A DNA stretch of 55,347 nucleotides from a virus. Its lineage: Duplodnaviria; Caudoviricetes. The notes under the pieces are model-generated. The model saw only the letters and a program-made list of their open reading frames with translations, did not search any database and was not told the origin of the DNA. The position numbers and the translations under genes were made by a program. The stretch covers positions 1 through 55,347 of the IMG/VR virus record IMGVR_UViG_3300017988_000845. One strand, given 5' to 3'. This document shows positions 19,578-29,424 of this stretch, in pieces (the first letter of the stretch is position 1; every line of letters begins with the position of its first letter).

Positions 19578-20538
19578 TCATTCCACCTCTAAGGCATTGA
19601 TCTCTGTACCATTCTACAGTCTCATCGAGACCTTCGGCCAGGGAAATCTGCGGAGACCACCCCGTGTCTCGAATCAATTTCGCCACATTCGCCTGAATGT
19701 GCATGGGTTGCCCCTGCCGGAAGGGCATTTGCCCATAGCCCACAAGAGGAAGATCTTCGCCACAGGCCACGAACTGGCGAATCAGTTCAACGACCTCGCG
19801 GAGCTGCGGCGCCGATCCCGAACCAAGATTGTAGATACCCGACGCGGTATCCGATTCAAGCAGCCCGACAATTGCCAGCGCCGCATCACGAACATGCAGA
19901 TAATCGCAGCACTGCGTGCATTCCGTGAGCGCAGGAATTTCTCCGCGAAGCAGAGTCCTGATGAGACAGGGAATCATCCAATCCGGCGCATCGTCAGGAC
20001 CATAGGCGGCGAATAGTCGAACCCAGCAGAACCGGGAGGCATCGAGCATGGCCATTTGATTCAACAGAATACAAGCCGCCAGCTTCGCCGCACCATATGC
20101 CGTCAGAGGCTTAGCCAGGTACCCTTCATCAATGGCGTCGAACGATGGGGCGTATTCCGCTTGCGAACCAATACCGATGAATGCCCGGCATGTGTGCTTC
20201 GTAGCGACGCTGACCGCCCGGTACAGGTCACAAAGATATTCGGTATTGACGTACTGCCGCGGATTATTTCGCTGATCTCCTTGTACTCCGCTCCAACCAA
20301 GCGCGATAACCGCACCCGGAGAAAATGATGCGAGATCTTCGACATCCTCCGAACGAAAATCACTCAAATCACGTTCGATCTGAGTAACAAACGGCAAAAG
20401 GTCCTCGATCCGATGACGGTCGGCGATGCCCTGGGACATTGGGCGTAAAACCAGCGCAACTTCATGCCCGCGCTCCAGCAATTGGCGAGTGACTGACGCG
20501 CCAATGAATCCGGAACCACCTGTGACAAGAACTCTCAT
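19561..20538 (-). CDS. NAD(P)-dependent CDP-sugar reductase/epimerase (extended SDR)
   Basis: VTGGSGFIG, GIGSQAEY, YGAAK, RLFAAYGP, DYLHVRD, YNLGSG; ATGA overlap with rfbF. Confidence 0.88.
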   Translation of the reverse strand: MRVLVTGGSGFIGASVTRQLLERGHEVALVLRPMSQGIADRHRIEDLLPFVTQIERDLSDFRSEDVEDLASFSPGAVIALGWSGVQGDQRNNPRQYVNTEYLCDLYRAVSVATKHTCRAFIGIGSQAEYAPSFDAIDEGYLAKPLTAYGAAKLAACILLNQMAMLDASRFCWVRLFAAYGPDDAPDWMIPCLIRTLLRGEIPALTECTQCCDYLHVRDAALAIVGLLESDTASGIYNLGSGSAPQLREVVELIRQFVACGEDLPLVGYGQMPFRQGQPMHIQANVAKLIRDTGWSPQISLAEGLDETVEWYRDQCLRGGMNDRTE

Positions 20539-21305
20539 TCCCATGTTCTCCATGGCGGACTACCGTCGAAGCACATGCCGTCCAACGTATCCCGATCACG
20601 AACCGTATCCATGGCATGCCAGAATCCAGAATGAAAATAGGCCTTCAATTGGTGTTCCAAAGCCAGAGCCGAAAGAGGTCCTTCTTCCCATGCCGTATCA
20701 TCCCCTTCGATATATGAAAGCACGCGGGGCGAAAGGACAAAGAACCCGCCACTAACATACCCGGATGTCTCTGGTGGTTTCTCCTTGAATCGTTGGACCT
20801 CGTCGCCGGCAAGATCAAGCTCCCCATAGCGCGCCGGCGGACGGACCGCCGTCACCGTCGCCAATCGACCATGCGCATGGTGGTAAGCCAGCAATGCCGC
20901 GATGTCTACATTACCGACCCCGTCGCCATAAGTCATCAGGAATGGAGCATTGCCCAGATAATCAACAGCACGGAGCAAGCGCCCACCGGTCAATGTCGCA
21001 TCGCCAGTATCGACCAAGGTCACTCGCCATGGCTCCATCTCCCGACGATGAAAGATACATTCGCCGGTGGTCATGTCGAAGGTCACATCGGACGTATGCT
21101 GGGCATGATTGGCGAACCATTCCTTGATCATGTAACCACGATATCCGAGGCAGACCACGAAATCATTGAACCCAAACGATGAATAAATCTTCATGACGTG
21201 CCAAAGAATCGGACGACCTCCGATCTCGACGAGTGGCTTCGGCCGCACATCCGTTATTTCTCCCATGCGGGTGCCACGGCCACCGGCGAGAATAACGACT
21301 TTCAC
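20535..21305 (-). CDS. rfbF: Glucose-1-phosphate cytidylyltransferase
   Basis: ILAGGRGTR, PKPLVEIGGRPILWH, W.VTLVDTG..TLTGGRL, TYGDGV, GFWHAMDT.RD. Confidence 0.95.
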   Translation of the reverse strand: MKVVILAGGRGTRMGEITDVRPKPLVEIGGRPILWHVMKIYSSFGFNDFVVCLGYRGYMIKEWFANHAQHTSDVTFDMTTGECIFHRREMEPWRVTLVDTGDATLTGGRLLRAVDYLGNAPFLMTYGDGVGNVDIAALLAYHHAHGRLATVTAVRPPARYGELDLAGDEVQRFKEKPPETSGYVSGGFFVLSPRVLSYIEGDDTAWEEGPLSALALEHQLKAYFHSGFWHAMDTVRDRDTLDGMCFDGSPPWRTWE

Positions 21306-22240
21306 TGTAACAACTCCAATGCCATGTCATGGAGCGATGCTCCATCAAGATTGTACATGGCGCGATGACTATCCTGATCCCGAGCCATGCTCTCATCGAG
21401 GATTATCCGGGATGAATTCACTCCGCAACAAAAAACTCGCGCTTTCGTTCCCGGCATACGGGCAATGACTGTTGCGACATTTTGCCCAAGCCCGCTCGCG
21501 ACATGCTCTTCCACTGTTATGATAAATCTTGACCGGCGGGCTATCTGCCTGATAGCCACTTCCTCAAGTGGCTGAATCACCGGGGCGCTAACCACACCGA
21601 TGTCATAATGGAGACTCCTGAGACTTCGTGCCGCCTCCATCGCCTCTCCGAGAATAGCTCCAGTGGCGATGAATGTCAGATCCTCATCAATGACGGAATC
21701 GACTTCCAGCACTTCGCCGAACAGGGGTAGCCGAATATCGGGTTTGTGCAAACGTGGTTCCCCACCCCGACCAAGCCGAAGGTGCCCGGGACGCATGCGT
21801 TCGATCAAACAGCGCGTCAGCCATCGTGCCTCAATTGCATCCGCCGGCGTTGCCACCGCCATGCCAGGCAAAACGCGTGTCCATGCCGCATCCTCGATTC
21901 CATGATGCGTATAGCCAGCCGGTCCGTAAGAAAATCCGGCGCCAACTGTCGCAATGACAACTGGAAGATTATGAAAGCACACATCATTGCGCAATTGCTC
22001 AAGACATCGGGCAACAGCGAAATTGGCAATTGAATAGCAAACCACTTGGTGACCGCTCAACGCCAATCCAGCGGCGATCCCGATCATGTTCTGCTCGGCG
22101 ACGCCAACATTCAAGAACTGGGCAGGGAACCGCTCAGTGAATGGGTCAAGAGCTTTATAGCCAAGGTCAGCCGTCAACAGAATCAACTCTGGATGATCTT
22201 CGGCGATTTTGCAGAGTTCGTCGACGAAGGCCGTTCTCAT
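21302..22240 (-). CDS. Transketolase-like ThDP enzyme, C-terminal subunit
   Basis: Start re-called at MRTAFVDEL. LTADLG, NVGVAEQNM.G.AAGLA, EQLRND, THHGIED, TVEEH. Confidence 0.92.
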   Translation of the reverse strand: MRTAFVDELCKIAEDHPELILLTADLGYKALDPFTERFPAQFLNVGVAEQNMIGIAAGLALSGHQVVCYSIANFAVARCLEQLRNDVCFHNLPVVIATVGAGFSYGPAGYTHHGIEDAAWTRVLPGMAVATPADAIEARWLTRCLIERMRPGHLRLGRGGEPRLHKPDIRLPLFGEVLEVDSVIDEDLTFIATGAILGEAMEAARSLRSLHYDIGVVSAPVIQPLEEVAIRQIARRSRFIITVEEHVASGLGQNVATVIARMPGTKARVFCCGVNSSRIILDESMARDQDSHRAMYNLDGASLHDMALELLQ

Positions 22241-22242
22241 GC

Positions 22243-23073
22243 TCAAAGCTCTCCCAACGCCCGCGCCAGTTCTTCCGCTGATGGCGAACGGTAATGCCAT
22301 TCCAGCCGATCCTGCATGAAGCTGACACCTTGTCCCTTGACCGTATAGCATATCAGTACCGTCGGCGAACCAATGCTGATCGGCACTGCCTCCAGATTGC
22401 GGAGCAATTCTCCACAATCATTTCCGTCAAGTTGTTTGGTCGCCCAGCCAAAAGCTTCCCATTTCTTACGCATTCCTTGTCGTGGAAAGGCATCAAGATC
22501 AAGGATATCCTTCAACCGTCCAAGTCCCTGCCAGCCATTCACATCAATCAAAACAACAACATTGTCCAATTGTGCGTAACCGGCGAAGGCCACTGCCTCC
22601 CAGACCGAACCCTCCTGGCATTCACCGTCGGACATTACGCAGAACACCCTTGCGGGGCTGCGCTGTTTCTTCAATGCCATCGCCATACCCAGCGCGATCG
22701 GAAGTCCATGCCCCAGGGATCCGGTCGATATTTCGACGCCAGGAATCTGATGACTGGCATGCCCAAGAAGCATCGACCGGTTCTCACAAAAATGTTCCAG
22801 CGTACTGACAGAAATGAACCCGCGCTCCGCCAGCACGGCGTACAGCGCAGCAGCGGCGTGCCCCTTGCTGAGGATCAGCCGATCTCTGTTCGGGTCATCC
22901 AGCGCCCGCGGATCGACATGCAGAACCGCTCCATACAAGACGGCCAGGATATCGGCAACCGACAAACAACTACCGATGTGTGATGCCTTGGCCTGGTGCG
23001 TCATGCATAATACGTGCCGACGAACCGCCCGAGCAAGGGCTTCCACATGACTGATACGTTGATCCACGCTCAT
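22243..23073 (-). CDS. Transketolase-like ThDP enzyme, N-terminal subunit
   Basis: SHIGSCLS, RDRLILSKGH, STGSLGHGL, DGECQEG..WE...N (ThDP motif), TVKGQGVSFM. Confidence 0.92.
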   Translation of the reverse strand: MSVDQRISHVEALARAVRRHVLCMTHQAKASHIGSCLSVADILAVLYGAVLHVDPRALDDPNRDRLILSKGHAAAALYAVLAERGFISVSTLEHFCENRSMLLGHASHQIPGVEISTGSLGHGLPIALGMAMALKKQRSPARVFCVMSDGECQEGSVWEAVAFAGYAQLDNVVVLIDVNGWQGLGRLKDILDLDAFPRQGMRKKWEAFGWATKQLDGNDCGELLRNLEAVPISIGSPTVLICYTVKGQGVSFMQDRLEWHYRSPSAEELARALGEL

Positions 23074-24155
23074 AGAAAGTTTCCGAGGAATTGATCGATC
23101 TGGGATAAGGTGAAATCGCGCATCGGCTGGAGACCAGCATAATAGGCCTGATACCATTCGACAGTACGCTTGATTGATTTTTCAAGATTCCACTGGGGCG
23201 TATGATTGAGAAGCATCTGCGCATTCGTGGAATCCAATCGCAGTATCAAATCCTCATGGACCAAATGCTCATCAGATCCCATCGTTAGCCCAATATCTCC
23301 CCAGGCAAGATTGAATCTACGAACAAGCTCGCCGACTGAGCATGATCCTTCATCGGACGGGCCAAAATTCCATGGGCGTTCATATTCACATGAATAATCG
23401 AACCATAGATTTTCGCAGAGCTTCAGATATCCGGCCAAAGGATCCAGAACATGTTGCCAGGGGCGAACAGCCTGTGGGTATCGAAGCCCAAGCACAGTGC
23501 CGGTTCTCCTTGCCCGAACCAGATCGGGCACAAGTCTTCCCAATGCCCAATCTCCGCCGCCGATAACATTACCGGCCCGCGCGGTGGCAAGACGAGCAAA
23601 TGAACCTCTCGCCGCCCACAATTCTCCGCAGCCATAAGCAACAACGACATGCTCCGCGCAAGATTTGCTGGCGGCATAGGGATCGACACCGCCGAGTGGA
23701 TCATCTTCATTGTAGGCGCGCAATCGCCCATCATTTTTGTAGACCTTGTCCGTCGTGACGACCAGGACAACTCGAACAGAATCTACTTGACGCGCTGCTT
23801 CCAGAAGATTGACCGTGCCCATGACGTTTGTTTGAAAAGTGCCAACGGGATCTTTGCATCCTTCACTGACCAAGGGCTGCGCCGCCAAATGAATGATGAT
23901 CTCTGGCTGTGTGTACTGAATTACATCAAGCATTCCGCGTGCATCGCGAACATCACCGATATAATTCTGGATACCAGATTCAACGGAAGCAGCCTCGAAC
24001 AAGCAGGGATCTGTTATACGGAGCAGATCGGAATACCCAGCGATACTTGCGCCCAGCCTCTGTAAGAGGAGACAGAGCCAACTACCCTTGAACCCGCTAT
24101 GCCCAGTCACGAGCACACGACGATCTTTCCAGAATTTGGGATTTATGACGGGCAC
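23070..24155 (-). CDS. rfbG: CDP-glucose 4,6-dehydratase
   Basis: FW..RRVLVTGHSGFKGSWL, HLAAQPLV, TTDKVY, DPYAASK, RAGNVIGGGDW, RPWQHVLDPL. GTG start at 24155 has a GGAG RBS. Confidence 0.95.
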   Translation of the reverse strand: MPVINPKFWKDRRVLVTGHSGFKGSWLCLLLQRLGASIAGYSDLLRITDPCLFEAASVESGIQNYIGDVRDARGMLDVIQYTQPEIIIHLAAQPLVSEGCKDPVGTFQTNVMGTVNLLEAARQVDSVRVVLVVTTDKVYKNDGRLRAYNEDDPLGGVDPYAASKSCAEHVVVAYGCGELWAARGSFARLATARAGNVIGGGDWALGRLVPDLVRARRTGTVLGLRYPQAVRPWQHVLDPLAGYLKLCENLWFDYSCEYERPWNFGPSDEGSCSVGELVRRFNLAWGDIGLTMGSDEHLVHEDLILRLDSTNAQMLLNHTPQWNLEKSIKRTVEWYQAYYAGLQPMRDFTLSQIDQFLGNFL

Positions 24156-24189
24156 CAAAAATTCTCCAACCGCCCAATCGTGTGATCGC

Positions 24190-24218
24190 ACGCTAGGACG
24201 GCCGGTGAGCACTGTCAA
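24190..24218 (-). promoter_or_regulatory. Sigma70-type promoter TTGACA-N17-TAGCGT for the CDP-sugar cassette
   Basis: Perfect -35, 17-nt spacer and TAnnnT -10 in the gap between the tube gene and rfbG. Confidence 0.65.
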
Positions 24219-24227
24219 CGAAAATGT

Positions 24228-24749
24228 TTAAGCCAGTGCGTTGGTGATCGCGCCAAGAACGGACGTGGTAATATTCAAGGCATTCGGTCCATTCAGAATC
24301 GATTGCCCGGTTCCATCGAGCACATCTTGCGCCATGAAAGTGATAGCCTCGGTGACCGGCTGATTGGCGGGAATGTTCATATTGTAGTTGGATGCCACGC
24401 AGCCAACATAGGTGAACAAAGCATTCCCCGTATTGCCGTCGATGATCGAAATGTTGAACGAATTGTTCGCCAATAGCGAAGACAGCGGCGGGCTGGACCC
24501 GAGCGATTCAATAAGTTGCTGCCCATTGCTGGTCAGAGCAAAATTATCGACGGTGATTTGTGGCGCGACCTTGAGCTGTTGCGTCTCTTGCGGCTTGGCA
24601 CTACCGATGCCATACAGTTGCTCAGCGCCCAGATCAAAGGTGTGCGAAACCGTTTGCGCGAAAGCGATCGGCTGGGCGCCTATGAGTACTGTGGTTGTGT
24701 TTCCTGTCCGCGCCGAATAGGAAAGCTGGTTCTGGGAAAATGCGGGCAT
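24228..24749 (-). CDS. Tail tube protein
   Basis: 173 aa downstream of the sheath. RTGNT..VLIG.QPIAFAQ, YGIGS, YVGC, ANQPVTE match myovirus tube patterns. Confidence 0.8.
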   Translation of the reverse strand: MPAFSQNQLSYSARTGNTTTVLIGAQPIAFAQTVSHTFDLGAEQLYGIGSAKPQETQQLKVAPQITVDNFALTSNGQQLIESLGSSPPLSSLLANNSFNISIIDGNTGNALFTYVGCVASNYNMNIPANQPVTEAITFMAQDVLDGTGQSILNGPNALNITTSVLGAITNALA

Positions 24750-24768
24750 CAGTTATATTCCTCTCGGC

Positions 24769-25122
24769 TCAGTTGCCTTCCCAGATGACCGCGGTCGCGC
24801 CGCTGGCGGAAGCAATGCCATAGAACGCGTTAACCGGTGTGTTCTGGTCGAAGTAAAGCGGCAGTTGCGATGCGATCACCGGCACACCGTTAGCAAGGGT
24901 GACGCCCGACGTGGTACCAACATACATGGTCGTTCCGCTGGCGTTGGCGATGAGGAGAGACTTCCGCGTCGGATTAGCGGCTACCAACAATGACGGCGCG
25001 CCCGAGGCAACACCCGTCACCGTCTGGGTGACGGTCGCGCCATAGGGAAGCGCGGTCACGGCGCCACTGACACCGACGGTACCGGCAATGGCGACTGTGT
25101 TGGAAATTGCGGTAACGGTCAT
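24769..25122 (-). CDS. Small beta-rich virion (decoration-like) protein
   Basis: 117 aa between sheath and tube; ANPTRKSLLIAN.SGTTMYVG; 5 SG dipeptides. Confidence 0.55.
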   Translation of the reverse strand: MTVTAISNTVAIAGTVGVSGAVTALPYGATVTQTVTGVASGAPSLLVAANPTRKSLLIANASGTTMYVGTTSGVTLANGVPVIASQLPLYFDQNTPVNAFYGIASASGATAVIWEGN

Positions 25123-25140
25123 AATCTCAATTCCCTCTCA

Positions 25141-26943
25141 TCAGGTCGGCGATCCACCAGTGGAAGATGCTGTCAATGTAATGTTCAACGGCAAGATGTT
25201 GACATACATCGGGATCATTCTATTCTGACCAACCAGAATTACATTCACGGTAATCCCGGCCGTCTGATTAGCTCCCGTATAGACCAATTGCAAGGTCGTC
25301 GGATCCCATGAAGATAGGACACCATTTTGATTGGTCTGCGAATAGATCAACCCGTTCAGCATTTGCTTGGCGGCATTCAGGACAATCGTCTCATTGAACG
25401 GTGAGGCGATGGTACCGACATAGGGTTGCAGCGCGCCCGTCAAAGCATATGCGGCATAATAGCGGCAAGCTACCTGCTGATTGAACACATTTTCGGGGTT
25501 CGCATCGTCAAGCCAAGTCGTGAAATCAGAAAGAACCGTTGGAAGACCAGTGATCTGCGATACAGCAATCGGCATTACGCCGCCTTGCTGGAGTTGATCA
25601 ATCTGCGACACCGTAAGCGCAATCTCAACGCCATTGCCAGTAAGCGATTTGTTGGTGAGCGGAGTCGCCGGCGGATTGCCCGTCGCCATGCCAGCTACTG
25701 CCGCGGCTGCATAAAGCCCACCATGCAGTTCATTCACGCCTGTCTGGATATTCGTCCGATAAATACCGGGATAGACATAAGTCGCATTGATCTCGCTCAT
25801 CGAAGCGGCAGCGGCCAATGTTGTCGAAATCGAATCACCGATCGACGATCCCGAGAAGAACCGGCGCCATGATTTATTGGTGATCGAACTCGCTGTCTGC
25901 ACGTGCTGCGCGCCGAGCGCGATGACGCCAGACGCATTGCTGCCAGCGAATACCGCCCAACCTGGGACAGTCAAAGCGGCATTAAATCCCGAAGCATAAT
26001 TCGCCGTAGTCGGTGTAACGCTCGTTGCGCCAGAGAACAGCGTGTAGGGGATATTCGTCGGAGCGACCCCCGATGAGGAGGTGATGCCGCTGGCGATGAC
26101 CGCCGAAGCATAGCCGGACGCATACTGATTAACCCAGAAGACAATGTCGCCTAGCGTAGCGTTGACACCTACATATTGGTCGACACCGGAAACCGGAATA
26201 CCCAGGGAAATACCGGACGCGGCATCCAGGCTCGATGATGGCAGAGCGCCATTCGACAGAACATAGGCGGAATAATATCCAGTTCCGCTCAAATACTGAA
26301 CAACCTGTTCGACTGTTGCATAGGCTCCAAGATTGAGAGTCACTGATTCACCCGCATTCGGGCTATTCGTCTGGAAGGTGACCGCGTTGTTCGCGCCCGA
26401 TGCAATGACCGAATAGGTAACGCCTGTTGCCGTTCCCGTATAGGCCAGGTTGAATGGCACACCAAGATTGACGCCCGTTACCGAAAGATTGGCGTACTGA
26501 TCATAAAGTGAAACATTCTTGCCAGCCGCGGTGCCAGTTTGCAATTGCGCCTGCAATTGATTCGACGGCAACCCATAATTGGCCGACGTCAAATTGATGA
26601 CGCCCGAGGAACCTGAGTTGAGAGTCAGCGAAGACTGCGTATTCGGCGCAACGTTAATGAAGGTGATCTGGCCGGCGCCGTTCAACTGCCCGGATGGATT
26701 GGTCAAGAACGGCACAAAGCCAGAAGCCGGACCGCCACGAATCGCCGCGAGCAACTGTGCCGACAAGGTACTACCGGCGAAGGTCGTCGGAGTGAATGGC
26801 TTCAGGCCATAACTGTTACCGAGAAAGATAAGCGGCGGTGTCGCTGGCTGCGTGGAACCAAGCGCATTCGACACGTTGTCCGCGTAATAGGCACCGGGAA
26901 GAACGAGCGTCGAGCCATTGAAATTGACGTCAAGGTTGGGCAT
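25141..26943 (-). CDS. Contractile tail sheath protein
   Basis: 600 aa; LPGAY N-terminus; AAAAVAGMA.G..PATPLTNKSL, IDQLQQGGV, DFTTW are sheath C-terminal motifs. Confidence 0.88.
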   Translation of the reverse strand: MPNLDVNFNGSTLVLPGAYYADNVSNALGSTQPATPPLIFLGNSYGLKPFTPTTFAGSTLSAQLLAAIRGGPASGFVPFLTNPSGQLNGAGQITFINVAPNTQSSLTLNSGSSGVINLTSANYGLPSNQLQAQLQTGTAAGKNVSLYDQYANLSVTGVNLGVPFNLAYTGTATGVTYSVIASGANNAVTFQTNSPNAGESVTLNLGAYATVEQVVQYLSGTGYYSAYVLSNGALPSSSLDAASGISLGIPVSGVDQYVGVNATLGDIVFWVNQYASGYASAVIASGITSSSGVAPTNIPYTLFSGATSVTPTTANYASGFNAALTVPGWAVFAGSNASGVIALGAQHVQTASSITNKSWRRFFSGSSIGDSISTTLAAAASMSEINATYVYPGIYRTNIQTGVNELHGGLYAAAAVAGMATGNPPATPLTNKSLTGNGVEIALTVSQIDQLQQGGVMPIAVSQITGLPTVLSDFTTWLDDANPENVFNQQVACRYYAAYALTGALQPYVGTIASPFNETIVLNAAKQMLNGLIYSQTNQNGVLSSWDPTTLQLVYTGANQTAGITVNVILVGQNRMIPMYVNILPLNITLTASSTGGSPT

Positions 26944-26947
26944 CGAA

Positions 26948-27124
26948 TCACTCCCCCTTTACAGCGTTAAGGACGGCCAGCCAATCACGCTCGGAATGCT
27001 TTTCGCGCCCATGCGCATTACGCAAGAGCTTCACCCACACCTCGTCGGGGGTGCCCTTCAGTCGACTGATGAAGACCTCGACATTAACGGGGAAATCATC
27101 GTTGAGTTCGGCCTGGTTCGGCAT
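26948..27124 (-). CDS. 58-aa protein preceding the sheath (below ORF-track cutoff)
   Basis: GAGGA RBS; MPNQAELNDDFPVNVEVFISRLKGTPDEVWVKLLRNAHGREKHSERDWLAVLNAVKGE; fills the gap and follows a late-promoter-like motif. Confidence 0.65.
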   Translation of the reverse strand: MPNQAELNDDFPVNVEVFISRLKGTPDEVWVKLLRNAHGREKHSERDWLAVLNAVKGE

Positions 27125-27162
27125 CGTGGATTATCCTCTGATCGCGCATGCGCCTAACGCGT

Positions 27163-27198
27163 ATCATACGACGCCGCCTCTCAACGTCTGAATACCTA
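27163..27198 (-). promoter_or_regulatory. Putative late promoter TAGGTAT-N23-TATGAT (sheath/tube operon)
   Basis: Copy of the recurrent motif. Confidence 0.65.
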
Positions 27199-27204
27199 GC
27201 AACG

Positions 27205-28065
27205 TTACCCAGACGCGGTGACACTGGTATTGATCGCATGCACGCCATCGGGAGTGGTACCGACAAAGGTAATGGTCTCCATGATTCCATAATTCTGTGT
27301 GATCGCAATGTTGAAAGTGCCCTTGACCTCACACAGAATGTCCGCACCATAAAAGCCAGGCGACATTCCATTTGGATCGTCCGCCATCTGATAACTCGAT
27401 GCCTGCCATCTATGCGTGACATTGTCGCCAAGATTATTGAATACCGAAGCAATCAATGAAATGAATATTCCGATACACGCATCTCGGTAATAATCACGAT
27501 CGGCTGTATTCGTTGCCATCACGGTAATACGGAAAACTCGCTTGGCCTGCTCGGTAACCGCCCACGTTCCTGTATAATCGGGCTGACTGATCGATTGCCC
27601 GACAGGAACTTCCTGTTGCTGAATGAGATCCTGATTTATGGTGACAAAGGGCATTGGCGGAATGCCGACGATCGGCATTTGCTGAAGAACCTGTACATTA
27701 CTATTAACGCCATTTGGCGGGGTCAGATTACTTATGCCCGCCTGAAACAATCGAATCATCAGATACAGCCATGGCTCTATCTCGACGTTCAGTTGCGGTG
27801 ATGGTTGATATGCCGCTGATTGTGTCGTTCCATTGGCATCTTGCAATTGATAAACGTAGAGAGACCCAGATGACAGCGGCGCCGGCAAATAATCTCCGGC
27901 ATCGATGTAAGCGGCGACGGGAGACCCTGAATAAAGCGTGGTAAACGGGCCAAGGCCTCCAACACCGGAGACTGCCCGCGAAAGCACCATACCACTGCCT
28001 GACGCACTGATACTTAGGGTAATAGCGCCACCAGTCGGGACGGATTGGCCAAGAATAGAAGACAT
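27205..28065 (-). CDS. Neck / tail terminator-type protein
   Basis: Start re-called at MSSILGQ; position between head completion and sheath genes. Confidence 0.55.
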   Translation of the reverse strand: MSSILGQSVPTGGAITLSISASGSGMVLSRAVSGVGGLGPFTTLYSGSPVAAYIDAGDYLPAPLSSGSLYVYQLQDANGTTQSAAYQPSPQLNVEIEPWLYLMIRLFQAGISNLTPPNGVNSNVQVLQQMPIVGIPPMPFVTINQDLIQQQEVPVGQSISQPDYTGTWAVTEQAKRVFRITVMATNTADRDYYRDACIGIFISLIASVFNNLGDNVTHRWQASSYQMADDPNGMSPGFYGADILCEVKGTFNIAITQNYGIMETITFVGTTPDGVHAINTSVTASG

Positions 28066-28604
28066 CAGGCGTAAGCTCCCTTCCTGTATTTTGCCGCTAT
28101 GAGTTGAGCCATGATATGCGCCGGTGCATATGCCGGCATTGACGGAATGGTCCACGCCGGTCCGGTCCCCGACGTATTCATTCTGTTTGGTCGCTCATGC
28201 GGAACCTTGACATATCCTGACAGATTACGCCCGGCGGAAACCGCCCAGATATATCCACCCTTGACCTTTCTACGCGTCTGTAATTTTCGCCCAACCCCTC
28301 CCCGATGCATAGGATAGCTGCGCCCGGCCGTCAGATGTTGCAGCATGTCGATACGTCCATGCCCTTCCTCCAACCAACGCGCTTCCGCGGCCTTTGACTC
28401 ATCGGCCATGACAGTAACGACTGTTGGCGTTGTTCGCATGCGTAGAGACGACGCGTAGCGGCCGGTCGGATGCTTGATCATCAATCCGCCAATATCGGTC
28501 AACCCGAGCGCGAATTCCGACCACATGCGAAAGACTTCCAATCCTACGGCATTCAGGCGATCGGGCGGCAAATCGGTGACGACATCGTAAACGATATTGG
28601 GCAT
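28065..28604 (-). CDS. Tail completion / neck protein (HK97 gp10-like)
   Basis: Basic protein with TGRYASSL and A.WLEEGH motifs. Confidence 0.6.
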   Translation of the reverse strand: MPNIVYDVVTDLPPDRLNAVGLEVFRMWSEFALGLTDIGGLMIKHPTGRYASSLRMRTTPTVVTVMADESKAAEARWLEEGHGRIDMLQHLTAGRSYPMHRGGVGRKLQTRRKVKGGYIWAVSAGRNLSGYVKVPHERPNRMNTSGTGPAWTIPSMPAYAPAHIMAQLIAAKYRKGAYA

Positions 28605-28609
28605 AATCG

Positions 28610-29410
28610 TCACGCTCCCGAAATGATCGGGATGTCGGCGCCGAACTTGGCACGACTCCATAGATCCAGGGTCTGTAGCCGGAAGCGCCGGGGTTCGGTC
28701 AATTGGCCGAATGGCCGCACATGCGCGGGCATGCCGGCAATTCTAAAGGCAACGTAGGCTGGCGCCGCAGTGAAATCGACAATGTAATTGGTTCCTTGGG
28801 GATAGCCAGATCCCAAATGTACCGCCGTCCCCGACACTGTATAGGCAACGCCAGATACCACCACATGATTAATCGGATCATAGATGGTCACCGCACCAGA
28901 TGCGGCAATGACCAAATTCTGTTGATAGGGGACATTCTGATTTCCGCCAACCTGAAGCTGGGCATTGAATCTGGATTCGGCGTCCTGCTCAACAAAAATG
29001 TCAAACAGCCCCGCTTCTTGCCAGATCGTCGGTTGCATAGGAAACGCGCCGGAATAGGGGACGGTAAGTGTCGGCTCACCGTTGACGATAAGTCCCTGAT
29101 TGATATCCATCGACGAACCCGGTTCATCAGGGGTAGGCCCACGATGGACGAAGGTCAAAAGAGCATTGAACGGTCCAATCGGTTGATCCCAATAGACACC
29201 ACGCCCATGACAGGTTTGGCACTGATTATCTGGAGTTCCTGGAGCATTATAATTGCCAAAAACACAAGCGCAACTATGGCTTTTCAGCCACTGCATACGA
29301 ATTCCATAAGCAGAAATCGCTTGCTCAAAGTATTGAGGAGCCAGAATATATGGAGATATGCTGGGCAAAAATGGCGTATATACTGTAGGATCGGGCACAC
29401 CGGAGACCAT
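28610..29410 (-). CDS. Head completion (stopper-like) protein
   Basis: W.KSHSCAC...PDNQCQTCHGRG Zn-type motif seen in SPO1-like head completion proteins; position. Confidence 0.65.
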   Translation of the reverse strand: MVSGVPDPTVYTPFLPSISPYILAPQYFEQAISAYGIRMQWLKSHSCACVFGNYNAPGTPDNQCQTCHGRGVYWDQPIGPFNALLTFVHRGPTPDEPGSSMDINQGLIVNGEPTLTVPYSGAFPMQPTIWQEAGLFDIFVEQDAESRFNAQLQVGGNQNVPYQQNLVIAASGAVTIYDPINHVVVSGVAYTVSGTAVHLGSGYPQGTNYIVDFTAAPAYVAFRIAGMPAHVRPFGQLTEPRRFRLQTLDLWSRAKFGADIPIISGA

Positions 29411-29424
29411 GATATCTTAATCTC

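Noticed and set aside
21302-23073. Transketolase as a central-carbon auxiliary metabolic gene
   Set aside because: It sits between rfbG and rfbF in one coupled unit, so context favours sugar branching.
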